A DNA stretch of 64,000 bases from Candidatus Krumholzibacteriia bacterium (GTDB lineage Bacteria; Krumholzibacteriota; Krumholzibacteriia; LZORAL124-64-63): the NCBI GenBank assembly GCA_046484865.1, contig JAWOID010000061.1, positions 15,802 through 79,801 of the forward strand, read 5' to 3'. Made by a program: the position numbers and the translations under genes. Shown piece by piece: positions 10,414 to 21,247 of this stretch. The notes beneath the pieces are model-generated. The model searched no databases, was not told the DNA's origin, and saw only the letters and a list, made by a program, of their open reading frames with translations. Position 1 is the first letter of the stretch. Every line of letters begins with the position of its first letter.

Positions 10414-10926
10414 TCAGACCCCCGCGGCTTCGTCGCCCGGCTGGCGCTGCTTCAGTTCGCGGTCGATCATGAACAGGCCCATGCCGTCCTCGCCCACCAG
10501 CCTCAGCTTCTGGCAGATGTCGTCCACCGAGGCCTCCTCCTCGACCTGCTCGTTCACGTACCACCGCATGAGGTTGTCGGTCGCGTGGTCCTTCTCCGTC
10601 TGGGCCAGCTCGGCGAGCCGGTCGATCCGCTCGGTCATCGATTTCTCGTGCGCGAGCGCGGCCTCGAAGCACGCCAGCGGTGTGGGCCAGTCGTGGTCGG
10701 GCGCCGCGACGGCCTTCAGCTTCACGCGGGCGCCGCGGCTGCCCAGGTAGTCGAAGATCTTCATGCCGTGCATGTTCTCTTCCTGGGACTGCAACCGCAT
10801 CCAGCGCGCACAGCCGTCCAGGTTGCGCGACTCGAACCACGCGGCCATGGACAGGTATATGTAACCCGAGTGGATCTCGGCATTGATCTGATCGTTGAGC
10901 GCATCCTGCAGCTTCGGCGAAAGCAC
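10414..10926 (-). CDS. ftnA: Non-heme ferritin
   Basis: LNDQINAEIHSGYIYLSMAAW, EENMHGMK, HEKSMT, EQVEEE ferroxidase motifs. Confidence 0.93.
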   Translation of the reverse strand: MLSPKLQDALNDQINAEIHSGYIYLSMAAWFESRNLDGCARWMRLQSQEENMHGMKIFDYLGSRGARVKLKAVAAPDHDWPTPLACFEAALAHEKSMTERIDRLAELAQTEKDHATDNLMRWYVNEQVEEEASVDDICQKLRLVGEDGMGLFMIDRELKQRQPGDEAAGV

Positions 10927-11005
10927 GTCGGCTCTCCTTCGTCAGGCCGCGGCACCGCCTCTCCGGCGGCGGCACGGCGTTGGTCGACGGCCGGTCCCGG
11001 CGGGA

Positions 11006-11443
11006 TCAGCCGTAGGGATACATGCCCCTCTTGATCTTCGCCAGCGACTCGAGCATGACGTCGTGCTTCTCCTCGTCATGCTTCAGGTAGTTCAGCAGGT
11101 ACTCCTGCACGACCATCTGCCGGCCCTTGAGCGCCTCCAGGCTGTCCTCCATGAGCTTGATGGTCTCCTTCTCCATCTTCTGGTGATCCTCGATCTGTCC
11201 CCACACCTCGCCCAGCTCCTCGGGGGTGATGCGGACGGTCTGCGACTCGAGACTGTCGACCACCATCTGCTGCACGCGATGATGCATCTGGCTGTCGCGC
11301 TGGATGATCTCCATGATCAGCGAGATCAGGGGATTGTCCGTCTTCTCCATGATCGCAGCCATCTGCGACACCGAAGCGTTCTCGATCTTCTGCCACTGCT
11401 TCATGTTCTCGACCATGCGTTCCTGCAATTCCCTCGTCGACAT
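11006..11443 (-). CDS. Small ferritin-like four-helix-bundle protein
   Basis: E...DSQMH and E...DEEKH paired motifs, all-helical; GGGAGG RBS. Confidence 0.6.
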   Translation of the reverse strand: MSTRELQERMVENMKQWQKIENASVSQMAAIMEKTDNPLISLIMEIIQRDSQMHHRVQQMVVDSLESQTVRITPEELGEVWGQIEDHQKMEKETIKLMEDSLEALKGRQMVVQEYLLNYLKHDEEKHDVMLESLAKIKRGMYPYG

Positions 11444-11715
11444 GAGACCCTCCCTGCCTGGGTGATCGGGGCCGTGATGCCCGGGCGACGCCGCCCCCCC
11501 GCCGCGGCGCGCGATGACGGGGGTTTTTCACGGCAGCAGTCTAGGCATGACCCGGTGCATCAGCAACGGCTTTCGCCGCGTTTCCTCCGGGCGTCCCCCC
11601 AGAACCGATGATTGCGATTCATCTGCGGCACCTTATCATACCCGGGGCATCCGAGGTCCGTTCACCGCACGCCGGACCGACCGCTCCCCCCGGAACCACG
11701 CGAAAGGACGGCGGC

Positions 11716-12807
11716 ATGCCGAGGAAGAAGATTGCGACCTTCTCCCTGGAGTATCTGCAGATCCTCGACGAGAACGGGGAGGTGGACACCGCTCTCGAGC
11801 CGGACCTTCCCGCGGACGAGCATCTGCGCATGTACCGCTCGATGGTGCTGGCGCGCGAGACCGACGAGCGGATGCTCAAGCTGCAGCGCCAGGGCCGGGT
11901 GGGCACCTTCGGACCGAGCACGGGCCAGGAGGCGATCGCGGTGGCGGCCGCCTGCGCCATGGCTCCGGACGACTGGCTCGTCGGGGCGTTCCGGGAACTG
12001 GGCAGCCGCCTGGTGCGCGGGGAGCCGCTGACGAACCCCTTCTTGTTCTACAACGGGTTCGAGGAAGGGAACGTGCAGCCCGAGAGCGTGAGTCGCCTGC
12101 TGCCGATCAACATCATCGTCGCCAGTCAGTGCCTGCACGCGGCCGGCATCGGCTACGCACTGAAGTACCGGCGGGAAAAGGCGGCGGCGGTGGCGTTCAT
12201 GGGCGACGGCGCCACCAGCCAGGGCGACTTCCACGAGGGATTGAACTTCGCGTCGGTCTGGCAGGCGCCGGTGGTCTTCGTCAGCCAGAACAACCAGTGG
12301 GCCATCTCCGTGCCACGCGAGAAGCAGACGCGTTCGCGGACCCTGGCGCAGAAGGGCATCGCCTACGACATGCCTTGCTTGCAGGTCGACGGCAACGACG
12401 TGCTGGCCTGCCGGGCAGCCATGCAGGAGGCGCTGGAGCGCGCCCGGGACGGCGGCGGCCCCACCTTCATCGAGGCCGTCACCTACCGCCTGATGATGCA
12501 CACCACCGCCGACGATCCCGGTCGCTACCGCACCCGCGAGGAGGAGGAGGGCTGGTGGCGCAAGGAACCGCTCGATCGCTACCGGCGGTACCTCACCCGG
12601 CGGGAACTGTGGGACGACGCCCGCGAGGAACGGCTCCGGACCGAGATCCGCGCCGAGGTCGACCGCGCCGTGCACGAGTTCGAGGCCATGAAGGATTTCC
12701 CGTCCGACCTGCCCTTCGAACACGTCTACGGGACGCCCCACCCCGAGATCGCGCGCCAGCGACGGGAATTCCTCGCCAACCTGGAGCAGGAGGCCGGCGA
12801 TGCCTAG
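11716..12807 (+). CDS. pdhA: 2-oxoacid (pyruvate or branched-chain) dehydrogenase E1 alpha
   Basis: LQRQGR, GQEA, ThDP motif GDGATSQGDFHEGLNFA...NNQWAIS, HTTADDP. Confidence 0.9.
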   Translation: MPRKKIATFSLEYLQILDENGEVDTALEPDLPADEHLRMYRSMVLARETDERMLKLQRQGRVGTFGPSTGQEAIAVAAACAMAPDDWLVGAFRELGSRLVRGEPLTNPFLFYNGFEEGNVQPESVSRLLPINIIVASQCLHAAGIGYALKYRREKAAAVAFMGDGATSQGDFHEGLNFASVWQAPVVFVSQNNQWAISVPREKQTRSRTLAQKGIAYDMPCLQVDGNDVLACRAAMQEALERARDGGGPTFIEAVTYRLMMHTTADDPGRYRTREEEEGWWRKEPLDRYRRYLTRRELWDDAREERLRTEIRAEVDRAVHEFEAMKDFPSDLPFEHVYGTPHPEIARQRREFLANLEQEAGDA

Positions 12808-13780
12808 GCTCAACATGGTCCAGGCCATCAACCTCGGGCTGCGCCAGGAGATGGAGCGGGACGACAGCGTGATCCTGCTGGGCGAGGACATCGGCAAGGA
12901 CGGCGGCGTGTTCCGCGTCACCGATCAGCTCTTCGAGCGGTTTGGCGAGGAGCGCGTGGTGGACACGCCGCTGGCGGAATCGGGGATCCTCGGCACGGCG
13001 GTGGGCATGGCCCTCGCAGGCCTGCGCCCGGTGGCGGAGATGCAGTTCTCGGGCTTCAGCTACCTGATGATGGGGCAGTGGGAGGGGCACGCCACCCGCT
13101 ACCGCGCCCGCACGCTGAGCCAGTACTCGGTGCCGCTGGTCGTGCGGATGCCGTACGGCGGCGGCGTGCGGGCGCTCGAACACCACAGCGAGAGCCGCGA
13201 GGTGCTGTACGCCCACACCCCCGGCGGGAAGGTGGTGATCCCCAGCGGCCCCCGCAATGCGCGGGCGCTCATCGTGGCCGCCATCCGCGACCCCGATCCG
13301 GTGGTCTTCATGGAACCGAAGCACTCCTACCGCGCCTTCCGCGAGGAGGTGCCCGACGAGCCCGAGGTCATGGAGATCGGGCGGGCCCAGGTGGTTCAGG
13401 AGGGCGACGACGTGACGCTCGTCGGCTGGGGCGCCATGATGCGCCCCGCCCTGAAGGCCGCGGCCGAGGTGCAGAAGCAGCGCGGCGCGTCGGTGGAGGT
13501 GATCGATCTGCTGACGATCGCTCCCCTCGACGGCGAGACCGTCGCCGCATCCGTTCGCAAGACCGGCCGCTGCGTGATCGTGCAGGAGGCGCCCCGCAGC
13601 TTCGGCGTGGCCGCCGAGATCATCGCCCGCCTGAACGACGAGGCCTTGCTCTACCTGGAGGCGCCGGTGAAGCGGCTCACCGGCTACGACGTGGTGACGC
13701 CGTACTTCGGTCGCGAGAAGAGCTACACCCCCACCGCCGGCCGGGTGGTGCGCGGCATCCTCGAGACCCTCGACTTCTAG
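12800..13780 (+). CDS. pdhB: 2-oxoacid dehydrogenase E1 beta
   Basis: GEDIGKDGGVFRVT, DTPLAESGI, RPVAEMQF, EHHSES. Confidence 0.92.
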   Translation: MPRLNMVQAINLGLRQEMERDDSVILLGEDIGKDGGVFRVTDQLFERFGEERVVDTPLAESGILGTAVGMALAGLRPVAEMQFSGFSYLMMGQWEGHATRYRARTLSQYSVPLVVRMPYGGGVRALEHHSESREVLYAHTPGGKVVIPSGPRNARALIVAAIRDPDPVVFMEPKHSYRAFREEVPDEPEVMEIGRAQVVQEGDDVTLVGWGAMMRPALKAAAEVQKQRGASVEVIDLLTIAPLDGETVAASVRKTGRCVIVQEAPRSFGVAAEIIARLNDEALLYLEAPVKRLTGYDVVTPYFGREKSYTPTAGRVVRGILETLDF

Positions 13781-13789
13781 GAGGCGATC

Positions 13790-15313
13790 GTGTTCGAGTT
13801 CAAGCTGCCCGACCTCGGCGAGGGGATCCACGAGGGCGAGATCCTGAAGTGGCACGTTCGAGAGGGCGACACGGTGGTCGAGGATGCGCCGCTCGTCGAC
13901 GTGGAGACGGACAAGGCGGCGGTCACCATTCCCAGCCCCCGCGGCGGCAAGGTGATGGCAGTGAACGGCCAGGTGGGCGACATCGTCAATGTGGGCGACG
14001 TGGTGACGGTGATCGACGACGGCCGCGACGCGGACGCTCCGGCGCCGGCGGCGCAGCCCGCCGAGCCCGGGCCGGTGCCGCCGATGGCCGGCCCGGACGA
14101 TCGGCGCGTCGCGGAGGAGGCCCCGCCGCTGCCCGAGGACGAGACGGAGCCGGAGCAGCGCGCCGCCGTCGCCGCCCGCCGCGAGACAGGCGAAACTCGC
14201 GCGGCCGGCGAGCCCGGCGAGACGAAGGTCGCCGCGCCCGCCGGACCGGCACCCGCAACCGCCGTCGGCACCGGCCCCGCCCCGGCGCCGCCGCCAGCCG
14301 CCCGGCGCCGGCCCGTTCCCGCCACCCCCGCCACGCGGCGCCTGGCCCGCGAGCTGGGCGTGGACGTGAACCAGGTGCCGCCCACCGGTCCGGGCGGTCG
14401 CGTGATCCCCGACGACGTGCACCGCTTCGTCGCCGGCTCTCCTGCTCCCGCTGCGGCCGCAGAGCAGGCCGCTGCCGACCCGGCGGCGACGCCTCACGTG
14501 GTCGCCCGCCAGGTGCGCGACGACACGGCCTTCGCCGAGTTCGCCGCCCACGCCGCGGCCACCATCCCGTTCCTGGAACTGGAGCCGCTGCCGGATTTCG
14601 GCAAGGAGGGCCCGGTGGAGATCGAGCCGCTGCGCTCGATACGGCGCAAGGTGGCGCGCAAGATGGTCACCAGCATGACGCTGATCCCCCACGTGGCGCA
14701 CATGGACGATGCCGACGTCACGGCGCTCGACGATTTCCGCCGCCGCGAGAAGGACCGGCGCCACGGTCAGGCGGGGGGCCATCTCACCCTGCTCGCGTTC
14801 GTGATGAAGGCGGTGACGGCCGGCCTGAAGGCGACGCCGTCGTTCAACGCCAGTCTCGATCCGTTCCGGGAAGAGATCGTCTACAAGAGGTACTACAACA
14901 TCGGCTTCGCGGCGGACACCGGACGCGGACTCGTGGTGCCGGTGGTGCGGGACACCGACCGCAAGAGCATCGTCCAGATCTCCGACGACGTCGCGGAGAA
15001 GGCGCGGCTGGCCCGCGAAGGTACCCTTCCCGCCGACCAGATGCGGGGCGGCACCTTCACCATCACCAACGTGGGACCGCTGGGCGGCACGGCGCTGCTG
15101 CCCACCATCAACTACCCCGAGGTCGCCATCCTGGGCATGGGCAAGGTGCAGGACAAGCCCGTGGTCCGCGACGGCGAGATCGTCATCCGCAGGATCCTGC
15201 CCCTGACGCTGGCCTTCGACCACCGGATCGCCGACGGCGCCGACGCCGCCCGCTTCGTGGCCGAACTGGTGCGCCAGCTCTCCGATCCCAACCTGCTGCT
15301 GCTGGAGACCTGA
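13790..15313 (+). CDS. pdhC: Dihydrolipoamide acyltransferase E2
   Basis: One lipoyl domain (VETDKA), E3-binding ATPATRRLARELGVD, catalytic DHRIADG. Confidence 0.92.
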   Translation: MFEFKLPDLGEGIHEGEILKWHVREGDTVVEDAPLVDVETDKAAVTIPSPRGGKVMAVNGQVGDIVNVGDVVTVIDDGRDADAPAPAAQPAEPGPVPPMAGPDDRRVAEEAPPLPEDETEPEQRAAVAARRETGETRAAGEPGETKVAAPAGPAPATAVGTGPAPAPPPAARRRPVPATPATRRLARELGVDVNQVPPTGPGGRVIPDDVHRFVAGSPAPAAAAEQAAADPAATPHVVARQVRDDTAFAEFAAHAAATIPFLELEPLPDFGKEGPVEIEPLRSIRRKVARKMVTSMTLIPHVAHMDDADVTALDDFRRREKDRRHGQAGGHLTLLAFVMKAVTAGLKATPSFNASLDPFREEIVYKRYYNIGFAADTGRGLVVPVVRDTDRKSIVQISDDVAEKARLAREGTLPADQMRGGTFTITNVGPLGGTALLPTINYPEVAILGMGKVQDKPVVRDGEIVIRRILPLTLAFDHRIADGADAARFVAELVRQLSDPNLLLLET

Positions 15314-15329
15314 GCCGAGGAGTGCCTTG

Positions 15330-16781
15330 ATGGTCATGGGAAGCCTGCGCGAGGAGACCGAGGTGCTGGTCATCGGCGGCGGCCCGGGCGGCTACGTGGC
15401 CGCCCTGCGGCTGGCCGACCTGGGCAAGGAGGTGCTCCTGGTGGAGGAGCGCGAGCGCCCCGGCGGCACCTGCCTGCTGGAGGGATGCATCCCGTCCAAG
15501 GCCCTGATCAACGCGGTGGAGGTGAAGGAAGCGGCGCTGGCTGCGAGCAAACTGGGCCTCAGCTTCAGCGACGTGCGGCTGGACCTCGACCGCCTGCGCA
15601 GCTGGACCGACTCCGTGGTGGACGGTCTGGTCACCGGCATCCAGGGCCTGCTCGCACGCCGTGGCGTGGAGATCGTGCGCGGCCGGGCGCGCTTCACCGG
15701 CAGCACCAGCGTGTCGGTGGAGGGCGGCGAGGTCAGCGGCATCGATTTCCAGACCGCCATCATCGCCACCGGTTCGGCGCTGAACCGGTTGCCGGAGGGG
15801 ATCGTCTCCTCGGTGTGGTCGAGCGGCGAGGCCCTGCGCCTGCCGCGGGTCCCGGAATCGCTGCTGGTGGTGGGCGGCGGCTACATCGGCCTGGAGATGG
15901 GCCTGGTCTACCAGGGTCTGGGCAGCAAGGTCTCGGTGGTGGAGTTCTTCCCGCGCCTGCTCATGGGCGCCGATCCCGACCTGGTGGAGGTGATGGTCCG
16001 CCAGGTCCGCACGAGGCTGGACGAGATCCTGGTGGACTCGCAGGTGCGCGCCATCCGCGAGGCGTCCGGCGGCGGCTTCGACGTGACCATCGACCACCGG
16101 GGCGAGACCCGCGACCACCACTACGAGCAGGTGCTGGTGGCGATCGGCCGGCGCCCCAACACCGACGACCTCGGTCTGGAGCACACGCAGGTGGTCGTGG
16201 ACGAGCGCGGGGTCATCCGCACCGACAGCGAGTGCCGGACCGACGACCCTCGCCTCTTCGCCATCGGCGACGTGACGGCCGGACCCATGCTGGCCCACAA
16301 GGCGACTCGCGAGGGCAAGGTGGCCGCCGAGGTCATCGCCGACCACAGGTCCGAGTTCGACAATCGCGCCATTCCGGCCGTGGTCTTCACCGACCCGGAG
16401 ATCGCCTGGACCGGTCTCACCGAGACCGAGGCGGAACAGGAGGGGATAGCGGTGGCGGTGGGACGCTTCCCGCTCGCCGCCCTGGGCCGCGCCCGCACGC
16501 TGGGCCGCACCGACGGCCTGGTGAAGATCATCACCGAGCCGGGCACCGGCCGCGTGCTGGGCGTCGGCATGGTGGGACCCATGGCCAGCGAGCTGATCGC
16601 CGAGGGAACCCTGGCCGTGGAGATGGGCGCCACGCTCGAGGACCTCATGGTGACCATCCACCCCCATCCCACGCTCTCGGAGGCCATCATGGAGGCAGCC
16701 GAAGTGGCCGCCGGCGCGGCCATCCACGTGAATCCCGCCCGTCGTCGGAAAACGAAGGACGAGGGAGCGACCGACGCGTGA
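15330..16781 (+). CDS. lpdA: Dihydrolipoyl dehydrogenase E3
   Basis: GGGPGGY, GGTCLLEGCIPSKAL, GGGYIGLE, HPHPTLSE. Confidence 0.95.
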   Translation: MVMGSLREETEVLVIGGGPGGYVAALRLADLGKEVLLVEERERPGGTCLLEGCIPSKALINAVEVKEAALAASKLGLSFSDVRLDLDRLRSWTDSVVDGLVTGIQGLLARRGVEIVRGRARFTGSTSVSVEGGEVSGIDFQTAIIATGSALNRLPEGIVSSVWSSGEALRLPRVPESLLVVGGGYIGLEMGLVYQGLGSKVSVVEFFPRLLMGADPDLVEVMVRQVRTRLDEILVDSQVRAIREASGGGFDVTIDHRGETRDHHYEQVLVAIGRRPNTDDLGLEHTQVVVDERGVIRTDSECRTDDPRLFAIGDVTAGPMLAHKATREGKVAAEVIADHRSEFDNRAIPAVVFTDPEIAWTGLTETEAEQEGIAVAVGRFPLAALGRARTLGRTDGLVKIITEPGTGRVLGVGMVGPMASELIAEGTLAVEMGATLEDLMVTIHPHPTLSEAIMEAAEVAAGAAIHVNPARRRKTKDEGATDA

Positions 16782-17503
16782 ACGAGACCGGTCCGGACAG
16801 CCACGCGGCCGCGGACGAGCTCTCCCCCTACGCCCACGACGAGGCGTTGCTCGCCGCCGTGCGCGCCGACGGCGCGCCTGCGGTGAGCGTCCACCGGCCT
16901 CCCGGCCCGGCGGTCGTGCTGGGGCGCGGTGGCCGGCTGGAGCTGGAGGTGCACGCCGACCGGGTGCTGGCGGACGGCGTGCCGCTCCTGCGCCGCCGCG
17001 GCGGCGGCTGCGCCGTGGTCCTGGACCCCGGCAACGTCGTGGTCTCGCTGGCCATGCCCCTGGCCGGCATCGGCGGCATCACCACGGCTTTCCGGCTCGC
17101 CAGCGCCTGGGTGGCCGCCCAGCTCGAGCGGTGCGGCGTGAGCGACGTCCGCCAGGAGGGGGTCAGCGACCTGGCGGTGGGCGACCGGAAGCTGGGCGGC
17201 TCCTGCATCTGGCGCACCCGCGGGCTGCTCCACTACAGCACCACGGTGCTGGTGGCGCCCGACCTGGCGCTGATCGACCGCTACCTCCCCCATCCGCCTC
17301 GCGAGCCGGCCTACCGCCGGGGTCGCCCCCACCGCGACTTCCTCACCAGCGTCACCGCCGCCGCGTCGACGCCCGGAGCGCCGGTGCGAGCCGCCGAGTT
17401 CGCGGTGCAGCTCGAGACAGTCGTTCGGGCCGACCTCCCCGCACTCTTGCATCTGCTGAACGGGGGCGTCCTCCACGATACCCGCCGCACGACCCGGAGC
17501 TGA
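16778..17503 (+). CDS. Lipoate-protein ligase family protein (catalytic domain only)
   Basis: RRRGGGCAVVLDPG, SDLAVGDRKLGGS, HPPREPAYR; GTG start overlapping the lpdA stop. Confidence 0.8.
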   Translation: MNETGPDSHAAADELSPYAHDEALLAAVRADGAPAVSVHRPPGPAVVLGRGGRLELEVHADRVLADGVPLLRRRGGGCAVVLDPGNVVVSLAMPLAGIGGITTAFRLASAWVAAQLERCGVSDVRQEGVSDLAVGDRKLGGSCIWRTRGLLHYSTTVLVAPDLALIDRYLPHPPREPAYRRGRPHRDFLTSVTAAASTPGAPVRAAEFAVQLETVVRADLPALLHLLNGGVLHDTRRTTRS

Positions 17504-17625
17504 ATTCACTTTCGGGTTTTCTCGTACGGTGATGAATGTTAACATCCGCTCCACCCGTCTGGCGACACCACCATCGCGAAGCGTATGGAAACCCGATGTG
17601 AACCGGCCCGCGAGGTGAATCGATC

Positions 17626-18315
17626 ATGACCACTCCCCCCGGCAGCGCCAGCACCGAGACCGCCACGACGCGGATCCTCATCGTGGACGATCATCCGCTG
17701 ATCCGGACGGCGCTGCGCACGCTGTTCGAACTGGAGGGTGACCTCGAGGTCTGCGCCGAGGCCGAGGACGTGGAGGAAGCCTTGACCGCGGTGCGGGAGT
17801 GCCGCCCGCATCTCGTGCTCGTGGACCTCTCGCTCCGCCGCAGCCACGGGCTCGACCTGATCAAGCGGCTGCGCTCCGAGCACCCCGACGTGCTCATGCT
17901 GGCCGTTTCGATGCACGACGAGTTCACCTACGCCACCCGGGTACTTCGTGCCGGTGCCAACGGCTACATCATGAAGGCCGAGGGGAACGGCAACGTGCTG
18001 GCCGCCGTCCGGACGGTCCTGTCCGGCCGCACCTTCCTCAGCGAGGCCATGACCCGCGCCGCCGTCGACCAGCTCGGCAAGGGGCTGACCCCGCATGCCG
18101 CGCCGGTGGACGTGCTGAGCGATCGGGAGCTGCAGCTGTTCGAGTTGACCGGCCACGGCAAGGAGATCGCCGAGATCGCCGCGATCATGGCCATCAGTCC
18201 CCGCACCGTGGAGGTGCACCGTTCACACATCAAGAAGAAGCTGCAACTGAAGTCGGGCACCGACATCTTCCAGCGCGCCTACGAGTGGCTGCGGGAGATG
18301 GGCGTGCAGCCATGA
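17626..18315 (+). CDS. NarL/LuxR-family response regulator
   Basis: ILIVDDHP, VLVDLSL, GANGYIMK, LSDRE...ISPRTVEVHRSHI. Confidence 0.93.
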   Translation: MTTPPGSASTETATTRILIVDDHPLIRTALRTLFELEGDLEVCAEAEDVEEALTAVRECRPHLVLVDLSLRRSHGLDLIKRLRSEHPDVLMLAVSMHDEFTYATRVLRAGANGYIMKAEGNGNVLAAVRTVLSGRTFLSEAMTRAAVDQLGKGLTPHAAPVDVLSDRELQLFELTGHGKEIAEIAAIMAISPRTVEVHRSHIKKKLQLKSGTDIFQRAYEWLREMGVQP

Positions 18316-18513
18316 CACGCCTGCCGGCGGTTGCCTGACGCTCGAATCCCGCTATCCTGGGCGCAGTCACGCGAACGACAAGCACATCTCATCCGCGGGA
18401 CGGATGGGGACCGCAGCAGGCCGGTCGACCGGCATCCGGGCGCTCGCCGTCCCGGGGTGCGGTCTGGCCCGGCCGCCGCCCGCGTCCCGCGCAGCACCCG
18501 GAAGTGGGGTCTC

Positions 18514-21231
18514 ATGGCCACCGTGGACAGGAATGCCGGCGCTGGGGAGCACGAACCGCCGGCGCAGGAGCAGGTGCGGGAGATCGAGAACCGGGAGTGG
18601 CGCGAGTCGCTGGACTACGTGCTACGCGAGCAGGGTCCCGACCGCGTGCGGGAGATCCTGCGCCTGCTGCAGTCGCGGGCGCAGAGGCGCGGCGTGAGCA
18701 TCCCGTTCACTGCCAACACCCCCTACATCAACAGCATCCCGCGCGAGCAACAACCGGTCTTCCCGGGCAACCGCGACATCGAGCGCCGGATCAAGAGCAT
18801 CATCCGCTGGAATGCCATGGCCATGGTGGTGCGCGCCAACCGCGAGCTGGCGGGAATCGGCGGCCACATCTCCACCTATGCCTCGGCGGCCACGCTGTGG
18901 GAGGTGGGCTTCAATCATTTCTGGCGCGCCCGCACCGACGAATTCCTGGGCGACATGATCTACTTCCAGGGCCACGCGGCGCCGGGCGTGTACGCGCGGG
19001 CGTATCTCGAAGGACGGCTCGACGACCGCGATCTGCAGAACTTCCGGCGCGAGCTCTCCGAGGGCGGCGGCCTGTCGTCGTATCCGCACCCCTTCCTGAT
19101 GCCCGATTTCTGGGAGTTCCCCACCGTGAGCATGGGGCTGGCGGCGATCACGGCCATCTACCAGGCGCGCTTCAACCACTACCTGGCCGACCGCGGCTTG
19201 CGCGAGGCGAGCGGCCGCAAGGTCTGGGCGCTGCTGGGCGACGGCGAGATGGACGAACCCGAATCCCTGGGCGCCATCACCCTGGCCGCCCGCGAGAAGC
19301 TCGACAACCTCATCTTCGTCATCAACTGCAACCTGCAGCGGCTGGACGGACCGGTGCGCGGCAACGGCAAGGTCATCCAGGAACTGGAGGCCGCCTTCCG
19401 GGGCGCCGGCTGGAACGTGATCAAGGTGATCTGGGGCGACGACTGGGACCGCCTGCTGGAGCGAGACCCGACCGGACTGCTGGTGCAGCGGATGGAGGAG
19501 GTCCTCGACGGCGAGATGCAGGGCTACACCGTGTCCAGCGGCGCCTTCGTGCGCGAGCACTTCTTCGGCAAGTACCCCGAGCTGCTGGAGCTGGTGCGGG
19601 ACCACAGCGACGACCAGATCCGCAAGCTGCGACGCGGCGGCCACGATCCCGCCAAGGTGTTCGCCGCCTACCGGTCCGCGGTCGAGCACGAGGGCTCGCC
19701 CACGGTGATCCTGGCGCAGACCGTCAAGGGCTACGGACTCGGCGAGGCCGGCGAGGGCAAGAACATCACCCACAGCCAGAAGAAGCTCAACGAGGCCGAG
19801 CTGAAGGAGTTCCGCACCCGCTTCAACATTCCCGTGAGTGACGACGACATCGCCGAGGCGCCGTTCTACCGCCCCGACGCGGACAGCCCGGAGATGCTGT
19901 ACCTCAAGGACCGACGCGCGAAGCTCGGCGGCTACCTGCCGGCCCGCCGGGTGCTCTCCCGGCCGCAGGCCTGCCAGACCGAGGAGGTCTTCCGCGAGTA
20001 CTTCGACGGCTCCGGCGACCGCGAGGTGGCCACCACCATGATCATGGTCCACATGATCGGCAAGCTCCTGCGCATGCCCGAATTCGGCAAGTTCGTCGTC
20101 CCCATCGTACCCGACGAGGCGCGCACCTTCGGCATGGAGTCGCTGTTCCGGCAGGCCGGGATCTACAGCCACGCGGGACAGCTCTACGATCCCGTGGACA
20201 AGGGGAGCCTCCTCTTCTACAACGAGAAGAAGAGCGGCCAGATCCTCGAGGAGGGGATCAGCGAGGCCGGGGCCATGGCCAGCTTCATCGCCGCGGGCAC
20301 CAGCTATGCCAGCAACGCGGTGCCCGCCATCCCGTTCTACCTCTTCTACTCCATGTTCGGCTTCCAGCGCGTCGGCGACCTGATCTGGTCGGCCTGCGAC
20401 AACCGCGCGCGCGGGTTCCTGGTGGGCGCCACGGCCGGACGCACCACCCTCTCCGGCGAGGGGCTGCAGCACCAGGACGGGCACAGTCACGTGCTGGCCC
20501 TGCCGCCCACCACGGTGCGGGCCTACGACCCCGCCTTCGCCTACGAGCTGGCCACGATCGTGCACGACGGCCTGACGCGCATGTTCTGCGACGAGGAGAA
20601 CTGGATCTATTACCTCACGGTGATGAACGAGACCTACCGGATGCCGCCCATGCCGCAGGAGGAGGGCGTTCGCGAGGGGATCGTCAAGGGGATGTACCGC
20701 TACCGCCGCAGCGAGGTGAAGGGACGCAGCCGCAAGCCGCGGGCCCATCTCCTGGGCAGCGGCGCCATCCTGAACGAGGTGATCGCCGCACAGGAGTTGC
20801 TGGCGCAGGAGTACGACGTGGCCGCGGACGTGTGGAGCGTGACCAGCTACAAGGAGCTGTACCGCGACGCCGTGGAGGTGGAGCGCTGGAACTTCCTGCA
20901 CCCGGGCGAGCAGCCGCGGGCGCCGTACGTCAGCAGGCTGCTGGCGAAGGAGAAGGGCGTGTTCGTGGCGGCCAGCGACTACATGAAGGTGCTGCCCGCC
21001 AGCATCGCGAAGTGGCTCCCGGGCCCGCTGCACTGCCTGGGGACCGACGGCTTCGGACGCAGCGACGGCCGGGTCCAGCTGCGCGACTTCTTCGAGGTGG
21101 ACCGTCGTTACGTCGCCCTGGCCGCCCTGCGGCAGCTGGCCGACGCCGGCGAGCTGGACCCCGCGCTGGTGCAGCAGGCGATCGAGGACCTGGAGATCGA
21201 TCCCGACAAGCTGAACCCGCACATCGACTGA
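18514..21231 (+). CDS. aceE: Pyruvate dehydrogenase E1, homodimeric type
   Basis: TPYINSIP, GGHISTYAS, SSYPHP, FPTVSMGL, GDGEMDEPES, NLQRLDGPVRGN, GTDGFGRSD. Confidence 0.96.
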   Translation: MATVDRNAGAGEHEPPAQEQVREIENREWRESLDYVLREQGPDRVREILRLLQSRAQRRGVSIPFTANTPYINSIPREQQPVFPGNRDIERRIKSIIRWNAMAMVVRANRELAGIGGHISTYASAATLWEVGFNHFWRARTDEFLGDMIYFQGHAAPGVYARAYLEGRLDDRDLQNFRRELSEGGGLSSYPHPFLMPDFWEFPTVSMGLAAITAIYQARFNHYLADRGLREASGRKVWALLGDGEMDEPESLGAITLAAREKLDNLIFVINCNLQRLDGPVRGNGKVIQELEAAFRGAGWNVIKVIWGDDWDRLLERDPTGLLVQRMEEVLDGEMQGYTVSSGAFVREHFFGKYPELLELVRDHSDDQIRKLRRGGHDPAKVFAAYRSAVEHEGSPTVILAQTVKGYGLGEAGEGKNITHSQKKLNEAELKEFRTRFNIPVSDDDIAEAPFYRPDADSPEMLYLKDRRAKLGGYLPARRVLSRPQACQTEEVFREYFDGSGDREVATTMIMVHMIGKLLRMPEFGKFVVPIVPDEARTFGMESLFRQAGIYSHAGQLYDPVDKGSLLFYNEKKSGQILEEGISEAGAMASFIAAGTSYASNAVPAIPFYLFYSMFGFQRVGDLIWSACDNRARGFLVGATAGRTTLSGEGLQHQDGHSHVLALPPTTVRAYDPAFAYELATIVHDGLTRMFCDEENWIYYLTVMNETYRMPPMPQEEGVREGIVKGMYRYRRSEVKGRSRKPRAHLLGSGAILNEVIAAQELLAQEYDVAADVWSVTSYKELYRDAVEVERWNFLHPGEQPRAPYVSRLLAKEKGVFVAASDYMKVLPASIAKWLPGPLHCLGTDGFGRSDGRVQLRDFFEVDRRYVALAALRQLADAGELDPALVQQAIEDLEIDPDKLNPHID

Positions 21232-21247
21232 CGGCCGGGAGGAGAGC

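Noticed and set aside
17501-17545. Palindromes TGAATTCA and ATGTTAACAT upstream of the NarL regulator as Rex/FNR sites
   Set aside because: Too short and not matching those consensus sequences
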